From IMG/VR virus record IMGVR_UViG_2974518997_000001, positions 1 through 64,000 of that record: 64,000 bases of DNA. One strand, 5' to 3'. Both the position numbers and the translations under genes were made by a program. The notes under the pieces were generated by a model. The model was not told where the DNA came from. It saw only the letters and a list, made by a program, of their open reading frames with translations, and did no database searches. The DNA is from a virus. Taxonomy: Duplodnaviria > Caudoviricetes. Below are positions 9,906-18,716 of the stretch, piece after piece. Within the stretch, counting starts at the first letter, position 1. Every line of letters starts with the position of its first letter.

Positions 9906-10123
9906 TGGACGTTCCCAAGCGCAGAGAGCGCACGATCGTCGAGGCCGTCATCGCTGTGCCGGACGGCGGCCTCATGGCCGACGACTTCGACAAGTCGCTG
10001 AACATCGTCACGGACCGGATGCGTGCCGAGGGAGTGAACCTCGGGTACGGCGACTCGTACAAGGTGCGTGTGGCCGACAACGAGCTCATCTTCGAGTACA
10101 TCCCGACGGCGGAGCGTCCGTGA
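9905..10123 (+). CDS. hypothetical protein
   Basis: TGATG coupling. Confidence 0.7.
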   Translation: MDVPKRRERTIVEAVIAVPDGGLMADDFDKSLNIVTDRMRAEGVNLGYGDSYKVRVADNELIFEYIPTAERP

Positions 10124-10482
10124 AGTCTGCAGCTCCGACGTTCATGGAGAACTGCCCGACGTGCGGGCTGCTCTTGGTGGACGCTGCGACGGCCGCGGCC
10201 CACTACCAGATCGGGTGCGTGCCCTCGGTGACGTGCGTGCAGTGCGGCGTGCCTCTCCCGTACTCGCAGTCGGTGGAGCACATCAAGCACTGCATCGGTC
10301 AGACGGCTCACATTCTGCACAACCGCAAGGCCGGAATGGTGGCATACCTGACCGACGAGGAGTGGACCGCGATCCAGAACAACACGCTCACCGTGGAGCA
10401 GGCGGCACCCATCGTCGGGCGCGCTGTGAACGGCGTGGAGTTCGAGACGGTCACGCTGAACCCGGACTCCGATCCGGCCTGA
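10120..10482 (+). CDS. hypothetical double Zn-finger-like protein
   Basis: CPTC...H...C and CVQC...H..HC. Confidence 0.7.
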   Translation: MKSAAPTFMENCPTCGLLLVDAATAAAHYQIGCVPSVTCVQCGVPLPYSQSVEHIKHCIGQTAHILHNRKAGMVAYLTDEEWTAIQNNTLTVEQAAPIVGRAVNGVEFETVTLNPDSDPA

Positions 10483-10573
10483 TTATTCATTCCTCCCCTG
10501 ATTCCTTTCCTCTCCCCTTCTATAGAAGGGGAGAGAGAGGAAAGGAAAGAGGAATCATAGAGAAAGAGGAATC
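10481..10573. repeat. long imperfect pyrimidine-arm/purine-arm inverted repeat A
   Basis: core ctctccccttc-tata-gaaggggagag, extended by ttcctttcctct/agaggaaaggaa; ends GAAAGAGGAATC just before ATG 10574. Confidence 0.8.
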
Positions 10574-10987
10574 ATGAGCTTCAACCCCGAGGAAGAGAAC
10601 GCGGGAGCAGACGACCCGCAGGGCCTGGGAAAGCAGCTGACGTACCGCGAGAACGCGGACGGCGTGCTGGAGCTGGTCGAGGAGGATGCGGTCGACGAGG
10701 AGCCGCTGATCGATCAGGAGATCAAGGAGAACGGCTTCGAGCTGGCCGACGACCCGGACGACGATGACTTCGACTGGGACTCGATCCCGCAGGGCAAGCC
10801 CGAGGGTCAGCGCGTGGGCGGCGACGCCGAGCGCACGACGCAGACGTGCACGACCTGCAAGGGTGTGGGCTCGTACCCGGTGAAGTCGTTCACCGAGCCG
10901 GACGAGCATGGCGCTCGCGAGGTCGTGGTGAGCGACCAGTTCTGCGTGGTGTGCAACGGCACCGGCACCGAGCAGGTGCTGCGATGA
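10574..10987 (+). CDS. acidic protein with DnaJ-like CxxCxGxG Zn finger
   Basis: CTTCKGVG and CVVCNGTG. Confidence 0.75.
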   Translation: MSFNPEEENAGADDPQGLGKQLTYRENADGVLELVEEDAVDEEPLIDQEIKENGFELADDPDDDDFDWDSIPQGKPEGQRVGGDAERTTQTCTTCKGVGSYPVKSFTEPDEHGAREVVVSDQFCVVCNGTGTEQVLR

Positions 10988-11319
10988 GCCGTCTCACCTC
11001 GATGACCCTGGTCTACGGCAACCACTCGAGCGGGAAGTCCGACCGCGTCTTCAAGGCGTGGAAGCTCTTCGGTGTCTGGTGGAGCCGCCACGGTGTGTTC
11101 CGCACCTCCAAGAGCTTCATCCTCTACGGCGAGAAGAAGGTGGGCTGGAAGCCGCCGAAGGAGTCGGTCGCCACGGGCACCGTCGACTACGTGGATGGCA
11201 CTCGCTTCCAGTACGGCTTCGACACCAGCCAGCCGCTCAGCGACATCGTCGGCAAGATCGTGGAGGACGTCGAGCGCCACAACGAGAACATCAGGACCAA
11301 CCAGGAGAAGAACCAGTGA
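10984..11319 (+). CDS. hypothetical protein
   Basis: ATGA overlap. Confidence 0.75.
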   Translation: MSRLTSMTLVYGNHSSGKSDRVFKAWKLFGVWWSRHGVFRTSKSFILYGEKKVGWKPPKESVATGTVDYVDGTRFQYGFDTSQPLSDIVGKIVEDVERHNENIRTNQEKNQ

Positions 11320-12032
11320 CCGCCACCCCGACCAACACTCAGCCGCTGTACCTCGTCCTCGACGTGGAGACGCCTGGCCTCTTCACGGAGCAGGGCCTGC
11401 TCGAGGTGGCGTGGACCGCCTCGGACACGCTCAACGTGAAGAACCCGGAGATCGAGAGCCTGCTCAACGCGGACATTGATCCGGACCTGGCGTTCGATCA
11501 GGCGGTGGCGTTCGTGAAGACCATGCACACGGCCTCGGGGCTGTGGAAGCGTCTCGCGAAGAGGAGGAACAATTTCGCCCTGGTGAGCCTGGACGTGATC
11601 GACTCTCGCATCGCCGACGAGATCGAGGGCGCGCAGGAGGAGCTGGAGGCCTTCGGCCCGGTGTACCTGGTCGGCAACAGCATCCGCCTGGACCGCGCGG
11701 TGATCGAGCGCTGGCTGCCGCGCACGGCGAAGCTCCTGCACTACCGCCAGATCGACCTGACCTCGGTGCGGCTGTTCCTCGAGGCGTGGGGCATCGACAC
11801 GACTACCGCGGAGACGGTTGTCTCGACGCACGTGGCGGGTCAGGACGTGCTGGACTCGATCACGTACGGCCAGCACCTCGGTCACCTGGTCACGGCTCCT
11901 CGGAAGGCGCTGATGGAGATCGATCGGGACCTCATCGACATGCTCGACAGCCTGGACGAACACATCAACCAGGAGGACGTCGCCGAGCAGCTCTCGCAGC
12001 TCCGGGCGAAGATCCTCCAGGTGATCCCGTGA
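11316..12032 (+). CDS. DEDDh 3'-5' exonuclease, oligoribonuclease (Orn)-like
   Basis: LVLDVETPG, MHTASGL, LVGNSIRLDR, LHYRQIDLTS, HVAGQD match Orn-family motifs. Confidence 0.8.
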   Translation: MTATPTNTQPLYLVLDVETPGLFTEQGLLEVAWTASDTLNVKNPEIESLLNADIDPDLAFDQAVAFVKTMHTASGLWKRLAKRRNNFALVSLDVIDSRIADEIEGAQEELEAFGPVYLVGNSIRLDRAVIERWLPRTAKLLHYRQIDLTSVRLFLEAWGIDTTTAETVVSTHVAGQDVLDSITYGQHLGHLVTAPRKALMEIDRDLIDMLDSLDEHINQEDVAEQLSQLRAKILQVIP

Positions 12033-12050
12033 CCGCGGTAGGCTCTGCGC

Positions 12051-12254
12051 ATGGCCGCACCACAACCCTCGAGCGCGAGCGAGCTCTGCCTGCATGGCTG
12101 GGCGCTCGGCGAGGAGCAGCACATCTGCAAGCGGTACGAGCACGGCGCGGGCACGCACCTGTGCATGTGCGGCAGTCAGCTGCTGTGGGTGCCGGCGGTG
12201 CCTCGTGAGTCGACCGAGGAAGGTCCACTTCGCAGCGCAAGCGCCGAAGGATGA
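12051..12254 (+). CDS. hypothetical Cys/His-rich protein
   Basis: CLHGW...HIC...H...HLCMCG. Confidence 0.55.
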   Translation: MAAPQPSSASELCLHGWALGEEQHICKRYEHGAGTHLCMCGSQLLWVPAVPRESTEEGPLRSASAEG

Positions 12255-12399
12255 GGCGGTCACGTGGCCTCGGGGAGTGATGTGCGGAACCCAGGTTCCG
12301 CTTCACGGTGACTTCCTGGCCACGTCCGGCCCGACTCTCGTGACGTGCGGGCAGTGCCTGAAGAGCTGGCCCACTCTCGGACGCGAGGTCACGCGATGA
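12205..12399 (+). CDS. hypothetical Zn-binding protein
   Basis: KVH...MCG...VTCGQC; start uncertain. Confidence 0.55.
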   Translation: MSRPRKVHFAAQAPKDEAVTWPRGVMCGTQVPLHGDFLATSGPTLVTCGQCLKSWPTLGREVTR

Positions 12400-12767
12400 C
12401 CGCGCCAGCCCGAGGCCTGCCGGCCGGCACGTGCCTCCACTGCCAGCAGACGCGCGCCGAGGTGAAGGCCAACCAGACCTACTGCGCCACGCTGACCACC
12501 GGCGAGTACACCGAGGTCGACCAGGAGTGGCCGCGCCACCGCTGGGCGGACTGGGGCAACATTGCGCTGCTGGCCGCGGGGATCAAGCCGGAGTACTTCA
12601 ACCTGTACCGCCGCGCATCGCAGTGGGACCTCGAGTGGGCAGCGTGCGAGCACCTGACGCGCGGGCACATTCCCTCGAACGGGAGCAAGGAAGACCGCGA
12701 GTGGTTCGGCACCGAGAAGGGCCAGTGCGTCGCGTGCGGCAAGAAGAACGTGGGAGAGGAATCATGA
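12396..12767 (+). CDS. hypothetical Cys-rich protein
   Basis: ATGA overlap; CLHC, CVACG. Confidence 0.75.
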   Translation: MTAPARGLPAGTCLHCQQTRAEVKANQTYCATLTTGEYTEVDQEWPRHRWADWGNIALLAAGIKPEYFNLYRRASQWDLEWAACEHLTRGHIPSNGSKEDREWFGTEKGQCVACGKKNVGEES

Positions 12768-13537
12768 GCGAGAAGCCGGGAATCCAGGACGTCCTCGAGA
12801 AGAGCTTCCGAGCGTCACCGGACGTGATGACGCCGACGCGTCGCGCACAGCGCGCGCTGGCGTACCTCGAGCGGGAGGGCTACGAGGTCCGACCGAAGGA
12901 GGTCTGGCCGCTGGGCGAGCGAGTGAGCCAGGCAGCACGTGACATGCAGACGAACTTCATCGCGAAGGCGGACAGCCTGCTCGAGCGGATCAAGACCGAG
13001 ACTCCCGAGGACGTGATGCTCTACCACGGTGCGGTGAGCCTGCTGATCACGGCGAAGAGCTTCCTCGGACTGGCGGCCGCGGTGCCCTCGGAGGAGTACG
13101 TGCGCGAGGGCGTGTGTCTGCTGTGCGGTGACGGTGTGCTGAAGAACGGCGAGCACATCGACCCGGAGCGGCACGCAGCTCAGGTGCGCCTCATCACCAC
13201 GGGCCATGTCTCGGAGCCGCCGCACCGCGCGGACCCGGACGACTGGGAGGCCGAGGAGCTGCGCATGCGTCCGCCCGAGGTGCCGAACGACCACCGCGGG
13301 GCGCTGGAGCTGATGGTCCACCTCGAGGACGTGAAGCGCCGGGCGCACCGCAACCGCGACCGCGCACTCCGGGCGCTGCAGGATGCCGAGAGCGAGGTCA
13401 GCGAGGCCTTGGTGCGCGTGAATGCGTACCGACGCGCGGTGGCCAAGAAGTTCCAGCCGAAGGTCATCGACCTGGGTCAGCACGAGTCTGCGAAGCGCGC
13501 GCCGATGTACGGCGGCTCGGATGAGGACGGCATGTGA
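12764..13537 (+). CDS. hypothetical protein
   Basis: GAGAGG RBS, ATGA overlap. Confidence 0.75.
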   Translation: MSEKPGIQDVLEKSFRASPDVMTPTRRAQRALAYLEREGYEVRPKEVWPLGERVSQAARDMQTNFIAKADSLLERIKTETPEDVMLYHGAVSLLITAKSFLGLAAAVPSEEYVREGVCLLCGDGVLKNGEHIDPERHAAQVRLITTGHVSEPPHRADPDDWEAEELRMRPPEVPNDHRGALELMVHLEDVKRRAHRNRDRALRALQDAESEVSEALVRVNAYRRAVAKKFQPKVIDLGQHESAKRAPMYGGSDEDGM

Positions 13538-13872
13538 TGGACGACGCACGAAACATGCTCCGCGAGCACCTCCGCGCTCGGCCGGCCGGGCCCTCTCACC
13601 TCGAGGTGGACACTGCGCTGGCGGAGCTGGCCAAGGTCGACGGAGACCTGAAGCAGCTGGCACCGGTGCACGTTCACGTCCTGGTCCGAGCAGTCGATGA
13701 GCTGAAGCTGGCGCACCTTCGGGAGCAGGAGCCGCCGGCGGACATGCCTCACTGCACGGGTCACCGCATGTATCACCGCACCGACGCGGAGTGCGGTGAG
13801 ATGCAGGCTGCCCAGTACGGCTGGGAGCTGCCGGCGACCGTCAAAGGATCTGGTCCGGATGAGCCGAACTGA
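13537..13872 (+). CDS. hypothetical protein
   Basis: TGATG coupling. Confidence 0.7.
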   Translation: MDDARNMLREHLRARPAGPSHLEVDTALAELAKVDGDLKQLAPVHVHVLVRAVDELKLAHLREQEPPADMPHCTGHRMYHRTDAECGEMQAAQYGWELPATVKGSGPDEPN

Positions 13873-14002
13873 CCGCCGTCGCCGGCGCTGGCGCAGGCTG
13901 TGGTGCAAGCTGACCAGCCACCGCTGGCACGTGACCCAGATCTGGCCGCCGGAGTTCGAGTGCCTGCGCTGCGGCACCTCGGGCCGCGTGCCCGGATTCT
14001 GA
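13859..14002 (+). CDS. small C-x4-H...CxxC protein (DUF1660-like)
   Basis: LWCKLTSHRW...ECLRCG. Confidence 0.6.
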   Translation: MSRTDRRRRRWRRLWCKLTSHRWHVTQIWPPEFECLRCGTSGRVPGF

Positions 14003-14019
14003 GAGAGGACGTGGTCCGG

Positions 14020-14196
14020 ATGGGCCGAACAGACAATGACCGGGTGGTCTTCGACGAGACGCGGCATACGTGGCTGTGCGCGAGGCCGGTCGATCGCCAC
14101 TGGCCCTGCGCGGGGAGCTGCGTCTGCCACTGTCACCGGCCCGCGCCGGCGGAGCCGGACTACATGAACGGCTGGATCCTCGAGAGCGAGATGTGA
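14020..14196 (+). CDS. small Cys/His-rich protein
   Basis: MGRTDN...C...CAGSCVCHCH; GAGAGG RBS (GTG 14011 alternative). Confidence 0.6.
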   Translation: MGRTDNDRVVFDETRHTWLCARPVDRHWPCAGSCVCHCHRPAPAEPDYMNGWILESEM

Positions 14197-14201
14197 TCCG
14201 G

Positions 14202-14381
14202 ATGGGCCGAACAGACCCGCCGACGCTGCTGTGCAGGCACTGCGGCCGCCTGATCCAGTGGGAGCACCGGCCGTATGTGCGCCACCGCTGGGTGCACTAC
14301 GAGACCAAGCTGATCGTCTGCCTGACCCACGACACCGAAGCACTACCCAGTAGCACGGAAGTGGGAACCGTAGTACGCTAG
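14202..14381 (+). CDS. small Zn-finger protein
   Basis: MGRTDP...CRHCG...WVH...C. Confidence 0.6.
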   Translation: MGRTDPPTLLCRHCGRLIQWEHRPYVRHRWVHYETKLIVCLTHDTEALPSSTEVGTVVR

Positions 14382-14408
14382 GCGGCGTTCGGGGTAGCGT
14401 AGTACGCT
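14367..14408. promoter_or_regulatory. two AGCGTA-G-TACGCT palindromes (operator/promoter)
   Basis: 14367-14379 (1 mismatch) and 14396-14408 (perfect). Confidence 0.65.
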
Positions 14409-14475
14409 GCCTCGCCAGACAGATCGTCGCCGAGCACGAGCGAAGCGTCGTCAAATGACTACAGGAGCACACAGC

Positions 14476-14898
14476 ATGATCAGATGGATCGTCCTCACCC
14501 TCGCAGTCCTGAGGGCCACACGGTTCGTCACGACGGACAAGCTGGGCGAGTGGACCGTGTCCGGACCGCTCATCCGCTGGGCCTGGCTCAAGGAGGGCGG
14601 GCACCTTCCTCCCGAGGACCGACAGGTCATCGAGCGCTGGCGCGCGGGGATGGAGCCTCTTCCGATGCCGGAGCCTGACCGAGGCTGGCGCTCCAAGCTG
14701 GTGAACGGGCTGGACTGCCCCTTCTGCCTGGGCTTCTGGGTCGCTGCGCTGGGCGTGACGCTCGAGCTGGCCATTCCCCATTCCCCGCGGTCGCTCCCGG
14801 GCTCCGCCCTCCGCTCGGCGTGGAAAGTGGGAAAGGCCGCCTTCGCTCTGAACTACGTGACCGGACACGTGAGCAAGCGCCTGGACGGGAGTCACTGA
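14476..14898 (+). CDS. DUF1360-like membrane protein
   Basis: LAVLRATRFVTTD...LDCPFCLGFWVA; AGGAG RBS. Confidence 0.7.
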   Translation: MIRWIVLTLAVLRATRFVTTDKLGEWTVSGPLIRWAWLKEGGHLPPEDRQVIERWRAGMEPLPMPEPDRGWRSKLVNGLDCPFCLGFWVAALGVTLELAIPHSPRSLPGSALRSAWKVGKAAFALNYVTGHVSKRLDGSH

Positions 14899-15224
14899 TG
14901 CCCCGCGCACGCAGCCCGCTGAGAGGGATCAGCCCGATCAGGCGGCTGGTCTACGCGCTCGGCTTCCGGCCCCGCCGGCACAGCATCTTCTTCAGCCCGA
15001 GCCTGGACATGACCGCCCCGTACCGAGGCAGAACGATGAGCGATGCGTTCCTCGAAGGCCTCCGGCAGGGCGAGCAGGCGCTCCGAGACCAGCAGCCACC
15101 GCAGGCACCCTCACAGCAGCACACCAACCCGACGGATGCGGCGAGCGCAGCTCATTCAACGCATTCCTCTGACAAGGAAGGAATCCCACCGTGGAATCGA
15201 AGGAATCAGGCCGACCCGAGGTGA
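14898..15224 (+). CDS. hypothetical protein
   Basis: TGATG coupling. Confidence 0.6.
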   Translation: MPRARSPLRGISPIRRLVYALGFRPRRHSIFFSPSLDMTAPYRGRTMSDAFLEGLRQGEQALRDQQPPQAPSQQHTNPTDAASAAHSTHSSDKEGIPPWNRRNQADPR

Positions 15225-15472
15225 CAGCCGTCCGCACGCGGCTCGCGCACTACGAGATCGCGGACCAGATGCTGCGCGCCCTCGAGAACATCGAGAAGCA
15301 GGTCGCGGAGAAGGGCGGCATCATGGACCCGCACGTGATCGGGCAGATCAACGCCACGCGGGACTACTCGCTGCGCAAGGCTGCGATCCACGCGACGCTG
15401 GCGGCAGCCCACCTCCCGCACGACGACCGACGGCCGAAGGTGCACGTCGAGATGGGATCGGACGCACTGTGA
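15191..15472 (+). CDS. hypothetical protein
   Basis: codon bias; start 15191 or 15221. Confidence 0.65.
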   Translation: MESKESGRPEVTAVRTRLAHYEIADQMLRALENIEKQVAEKGGIMDPHVIGQINATRDYSLRKAAIHATLAAAHLPHDDRRPKVHVEMGSDAL

Positions 15473-15630
15473 GCATCCGCAACGGCAGCCTCGTCACGCC
15501 GGACAGCCGCGGGCGGGTGAACCTCGGGCAGCTGGTCTCCTCGGACCAGGTGTTCCGCATCGACCCGCACGACGATGGGAGCTTCACGCTCACGCTCATC
15601 AGCGAAGCAGGCAAGGCGGTGAACACATGA
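15469..15630 (+). CDS. small AbrB/MazE-like DNA-binding protein
   Basis: VTPDSRGRVNLG...DDGSFTLT swapped-hairpin pattern. Confidence 0.55.
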   Translation: MSIRNGSLVTPDSRGRVNLGQLVSSDQVFRIDPHDDGSFTLTLISEAGKAVNT

Positions 15631-16304
15631 CCGCCGGGCGTGGGTGGATCCGCCTCGGCGAGCGCGGTGTGTGGGTCGACGTCGACAAGATCGAGAGCGT
15701 TAGCCCGACGCGCGACGGAGCGTCACGGGTGCGCATGGACTCGTCGTTCACGCACCTGGACAGCCGGAAGCCGGAGGAGGTCCTCGAGGCAGTCCGGGCG
15801 GTGTACGAGTCGCTGGCGGAGGCAGAGGCCACTCGGGACGAGCTGGAGGACCAGCTGATCGCGGCCGCAGCTCAGCCCATGCCCGCGCCCCCGCGGGACG
15901 AGCCGTTCATCAGCCCAGTCCGCATCGACGCGACGAAGGGCCCGCACTCTCGGGCATGCGGCTTGAGCAGGCACGTGCACGGCCTCGGCTGCTCGAAGTC
16001 CTGCCCGACGTGCCACGGCAAGACGCCGGCACAGCGGCTGTACGAGATCGAGCACGCAGCGGCGAAGGCAGCCCTCGATGACGCAGAGCAGGGCACGAAG
16101 AGCGCGATCGAGATCATCGAGCAGCTGCGCGGCGAGCAGGGCACGAGCGTGCACCCGGCACGGCACCTGCACGCGGTCCCTCAGCCCGAGCCGGGCAAGG
16201 AGCACCGCACCGGCGGCCTCCAGCTCTCGGACCACCTCTTCGGTGACCCGGCACCTCGGAGCAAGGACGTCCTGCCGGTGCGTGACCCGGAGGCCGACCG
16301 ATGA
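15627..16304 (+). CDS. hypothetical protein
   Basis: ATGA overlap; internal HSRACG...CSKSCPTCHG. Confidence 0.75.
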   Translation: MTAGRGWIRLGERGVWVDVDKIESVSPTRDGASRVRMDSSFTHLDSRKPEEVLEAVRAVYESLAEAEATRDELEDQLIAAAAQPMPAPPRDEPFISPVRIDATKGPHSRACGLSRHVHGLGCSKSCPTCHGKTPAQRLYEIEHAAAKAALDDAEQGTKSAIEIIEQLRGEQGTSVHPARHLHAVPQPEPGKEHRTGGLQLSDHLFGDPAPRSKDVLPVRDPEADR

Positions 16305-16474
16305 GGCGCATGCGGCGAGCGCTGGTGATCCTCTGCTGGCTCAGCCCGACAGGGCACCGCTGGACGCAGATCGCAGAGAACTTCCGAGGGTTCACGCACC
16401 TGACGACCACGTGGCGGTGCAGCCGCTGCAGGAAGCGAGTCACAATGCTGGTGGGCCTGAGGCCGGACGCATGA
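16301..16474 (+). CDS. small C...GH-W...CxxC protein (57 aa, not in ORF track)
   Basis: ATGA overlaps at both ends; GGAGG RBS; LCWLSPTGHRW...WRCSRC. Confidence 0.65.
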   Translation: MRRMRRALVILCWLSPTGHRWTQIAENFRGFTHLTTTWRCSRCRKRVTMLVGLRPDA

Positions 16475-16656
16475 GCGTGCAGATCGAGATCCTCGTGCGG
16501 GTGGTCGGCAGTCAGCAGGAGCCGCGGGTGCTGAGCCGCCTGACGGCGTCCGCCCCGCTGAAGACCGAGCAGCCCTTCGGCAGGATCCCCGTCAGCCGGG
16601 AGACGATCGCCATGGCGTGCGAGACAGCAGCAGAAGCCCTGAGAGGACGAGGATGA
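16471..16656 (+). CDS. hypothetical protein
   Basis: ATGA overlap. Confidence 0.65.
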   Translation: MSVQIEILVRVVGSQQEPRVLSRLTASAPLKTEQPFGRIPVSRETIAMACETAAEALRGRG

Positions 16657-17126
16657 GCGACTACCCGTACCCGTCGTACAAGCCGAGCACGCAGACCTTC
16701 GAGCAGCCCGTGCGCCAGGAGCTCACGCTGGTGCAGACGTTCGCCGACGGGCGCAAGCGCGTCATCGAGGTGAACCCGGACGCGGTGCAGGGCTTGATCA
16801 CGGTGGACGCAGGCTACAGCGCGGAGCATGAGCCGGACTGGTCCGACGGCCTGCGGTTCGTCCCCGGCCGCAGCTACGTCACCGAGATGCAGCTCACGAT
16901 CGAGGCGACTCTGCGCAGCCCGTTCAACGCGGACGGCTTGGACGCGGGATGCGTGACGATCATCGACGTGCCCGCGCCGGAGCAGGTCGGCCCGTGCCGG
17001 GACCCGCACTGCACGCTGGACCACGAACCCGCCACCACCACGTTCATGGGGCAGCCGGTGATGAACGAGAAGGCGCGGCAGCACAAGCCCGCCGCAGCAG
17101 GCCAGACCACAGAGGAGACGAGCTGA
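16653..17126 (+). CDS. hypothetical protein
   Basis: ATGA overlap, GAGG RBS. Confidence 0.75.
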   Translation: MSDYPYPSYKPSTQTFEQPVRQELTLVQTFADGRKRVIEVNPDAVQGLITVDAGYSAEHEPDWSDGLRFVPGRSYVTEMQLTIEATLRSPFNADGLDAGCVTIIDVPAPEQVGPCRDPHCTLDHEPATTTFMGQPVMNEKARQHKPAAAGQTTEETS

Positions 17127-17581
17127 TGCAGCTCATGGCAGAGATGGACGGCCGTCGGACCTACCTCGGCAACGACGGCGAGACCTGGTACGAAGTCCGG
17201 GTGGAGGCGATGTCCAAGACGTACCCGATCGAGGAGCGCCACTACGTCGCCTTCGAGGAGGACCCCACCCGCACGGTGCCCAACCACCCGGAGCTGCAGG
17301 CGGTGCTCACGCGGTGCTCGCTGGCGCTGCGGGAGTGGTTCATGGACTACGACCAGTTCGACCCGCTCGGCGAGCAGCGGGTGAGCTACTCCTCGGAGAC
17401 GTACGACCGCGAGGAGCTGGCGAAGTTCATGTTCAACCCGGCGGAGTTCCTGCCTGGCACGCCGTACCGCATCGTCATCATCGAGCAGCTCTTCTGGCCG
17501 CCGGCACCGGTGGACCCGACGCCCGCGACCAACGAGCGCAAGCCCCGCAAGAACGACTTCCGAGGGGACAGGTTCGCGTGA
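17126..17581 (+). CDS. hypothetical protein
   Basis: TGATG coupling, GAGGAG RBS. Confidence 0.75.
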   Translation: MQLMAEMDGRRTYLGNDGETWYEVRVEAMSKTYPIEERHYVAFEEDPTRTVPNHPELQAVLTRCSLALREWFMDYDQFDPLGEQRVSYSSETYDREELAKFMFNPAEFLPGTPYRIVIIEQLFWPPAPVDPTPATNERKPRKNDFRGDRFA

Positions 17582-17955
17582 CGGTGCAGTCCCGACAGGC
17601 CAACGACATGCCGGACAACGGCGTCACGTTCGACCTCGGTGACGTCCTCGAGGTGCGCAACCCCACGTCGCACAAGCCGGAGCGCACGGTGCGTATCATC
17701 GAGTGCCTGCCGATGTTCGACGCTGCTCACCGCGCGATGCGGGAGGAGCGGCTGAAGCCGGACAAGGTGTACGGCATCAGCAAGGACGTGCGCGTGGAGA
17801 AGATCCGCCGCATCTGGCAGCAGTACCGCGTCGAGCCGGTGGGTAAGCCCTCGCTGGCCGGCGGCAAGGGCGGGAGGAAGACCCTCGTCCGAGAGAACAC
17901 TCTGAGGGAGCACTACCGGCGCATCGAGCGCGGAGCGAAGGAGCAGGCAGCATGA
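17578..17955 (+). CDS. hypothetical protein
   Basis: GTGA overlap. Confidence 0.7.
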   Translation: MTVQSRQANDMPDNGVTFDLGDVLEVRNPTSHKPERTVRIIECLPMFDAAHRAMREERLKPDKVYGISKDVRVEKIRRIWQQYRVEPVGKPSLAGGKGGRKTLVRENTLREHYRRIERGAKEQAA

Positions 17956-18716
17956 CCGAGCAGCACCCCGAGCACGAGCTCAACCCGCCCGAGCTGCACG
18001 ACCCCACGCACCTGGTCGCGCCGTCAGGCTGGTGCGCACCCTCGGAGCAGCTGTACGACCCGCTCTTCGGGATGACCGACGAGGAGCGGCAGGCAGCGCA
18101 GCACGCGGCGTTCAGCTGGCCGGGTGACTACATCGAGGACGACTTCGACGACGAGGACGACGAGGTGCAGCCCCGCGAGCAGCCCGAGCCGCGCAACCGC
18201 ACGGTCACGCGGGATGAGCTGATCGCGTTCTTCCTGACCCGCTGGCCGGACGAGGACCCGAACCAGCAGGCTGAGGCGGAGGACACGGCTGACGCGTTCA
18301 TCAAGGAGTTCTTCGGAGTGGAGGTCTACCCGCCCGAGGAGCCGCGCATCATCGACCTGAACACGATGATCATCCCGGAGAACAACCCGTACGCAGCACT
18401 CTTCGAGGAGACGACGCCGGCGCTGATCGACCCGAGCAAGATCACGAAGACGCCGATCCTGATCAAGCGCGCCACAGCCGAGCCGGAGTCCGCCAGCGTG
18501 GAGAAGATCTCGGACCCGCACGACGACAGCTACCCGGCGTGCAGGCACTGCGGCGAGCGCATCCAGTACATCCCGTTCGCTCTCGGGCCGGAGTGGCGGC
18601 ACTGGCCAACGCCGTACGGGAACTACAACACGAACGAGATGTACCGGCACTGCAGGAACACGACCAGCGCGGAGCCCAAGCCCTACTTCAACCACGGACC
18701 CGAGAGCAACGGCTGA
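17952..18716 (+). CDS. hypothetical protein with capsid-like LVAPSGWCAPSE motif and C-terminal Zn finger
   Basis: AAGGAG RBS, ATGA overlap; motif shared with the MCP; CRHCG...WRH...HC. Confidence 0.8.
   Translation: MTEQHPEHELNPPELHDPTHLVAPSGWCAPSEQLYDPLFGMTDEERQAAQHAAFSWPGDYIEDDFDDEDDEVQPREQPEPRNRTVTRDELIAFFLTRWPDEDPNQQAEAEDTADAFIKEFFGVEVYPPEEPRIIDLNTMIIPENNPYAALFEETTPALIDPSKITKTPILIKRATAEPESASVEKISDPHDDSYPACRHCGERIQYIPFALGPEWRHWPTPYGNYNTNEMYRHCRNTTSAEPKPYFNHGPESNG

Larger units (their letters stand above)
13851..14216 (+). repeat. three 23-bp direct repeats TG(G/A)TCCGGATG(A/G)GCCGAAC(T/A)GAC spanning start codons
   Basis: copies at 13851-13873, 14012-14034, 14194-14216. Confidence 0.9.

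Noticed and set aside
13851-14216. 23-bp repeats as a CRISPR mini-array
   Set aside because: Intervals of 138-159 bp are coding and far longer than spacers; no cas genes.
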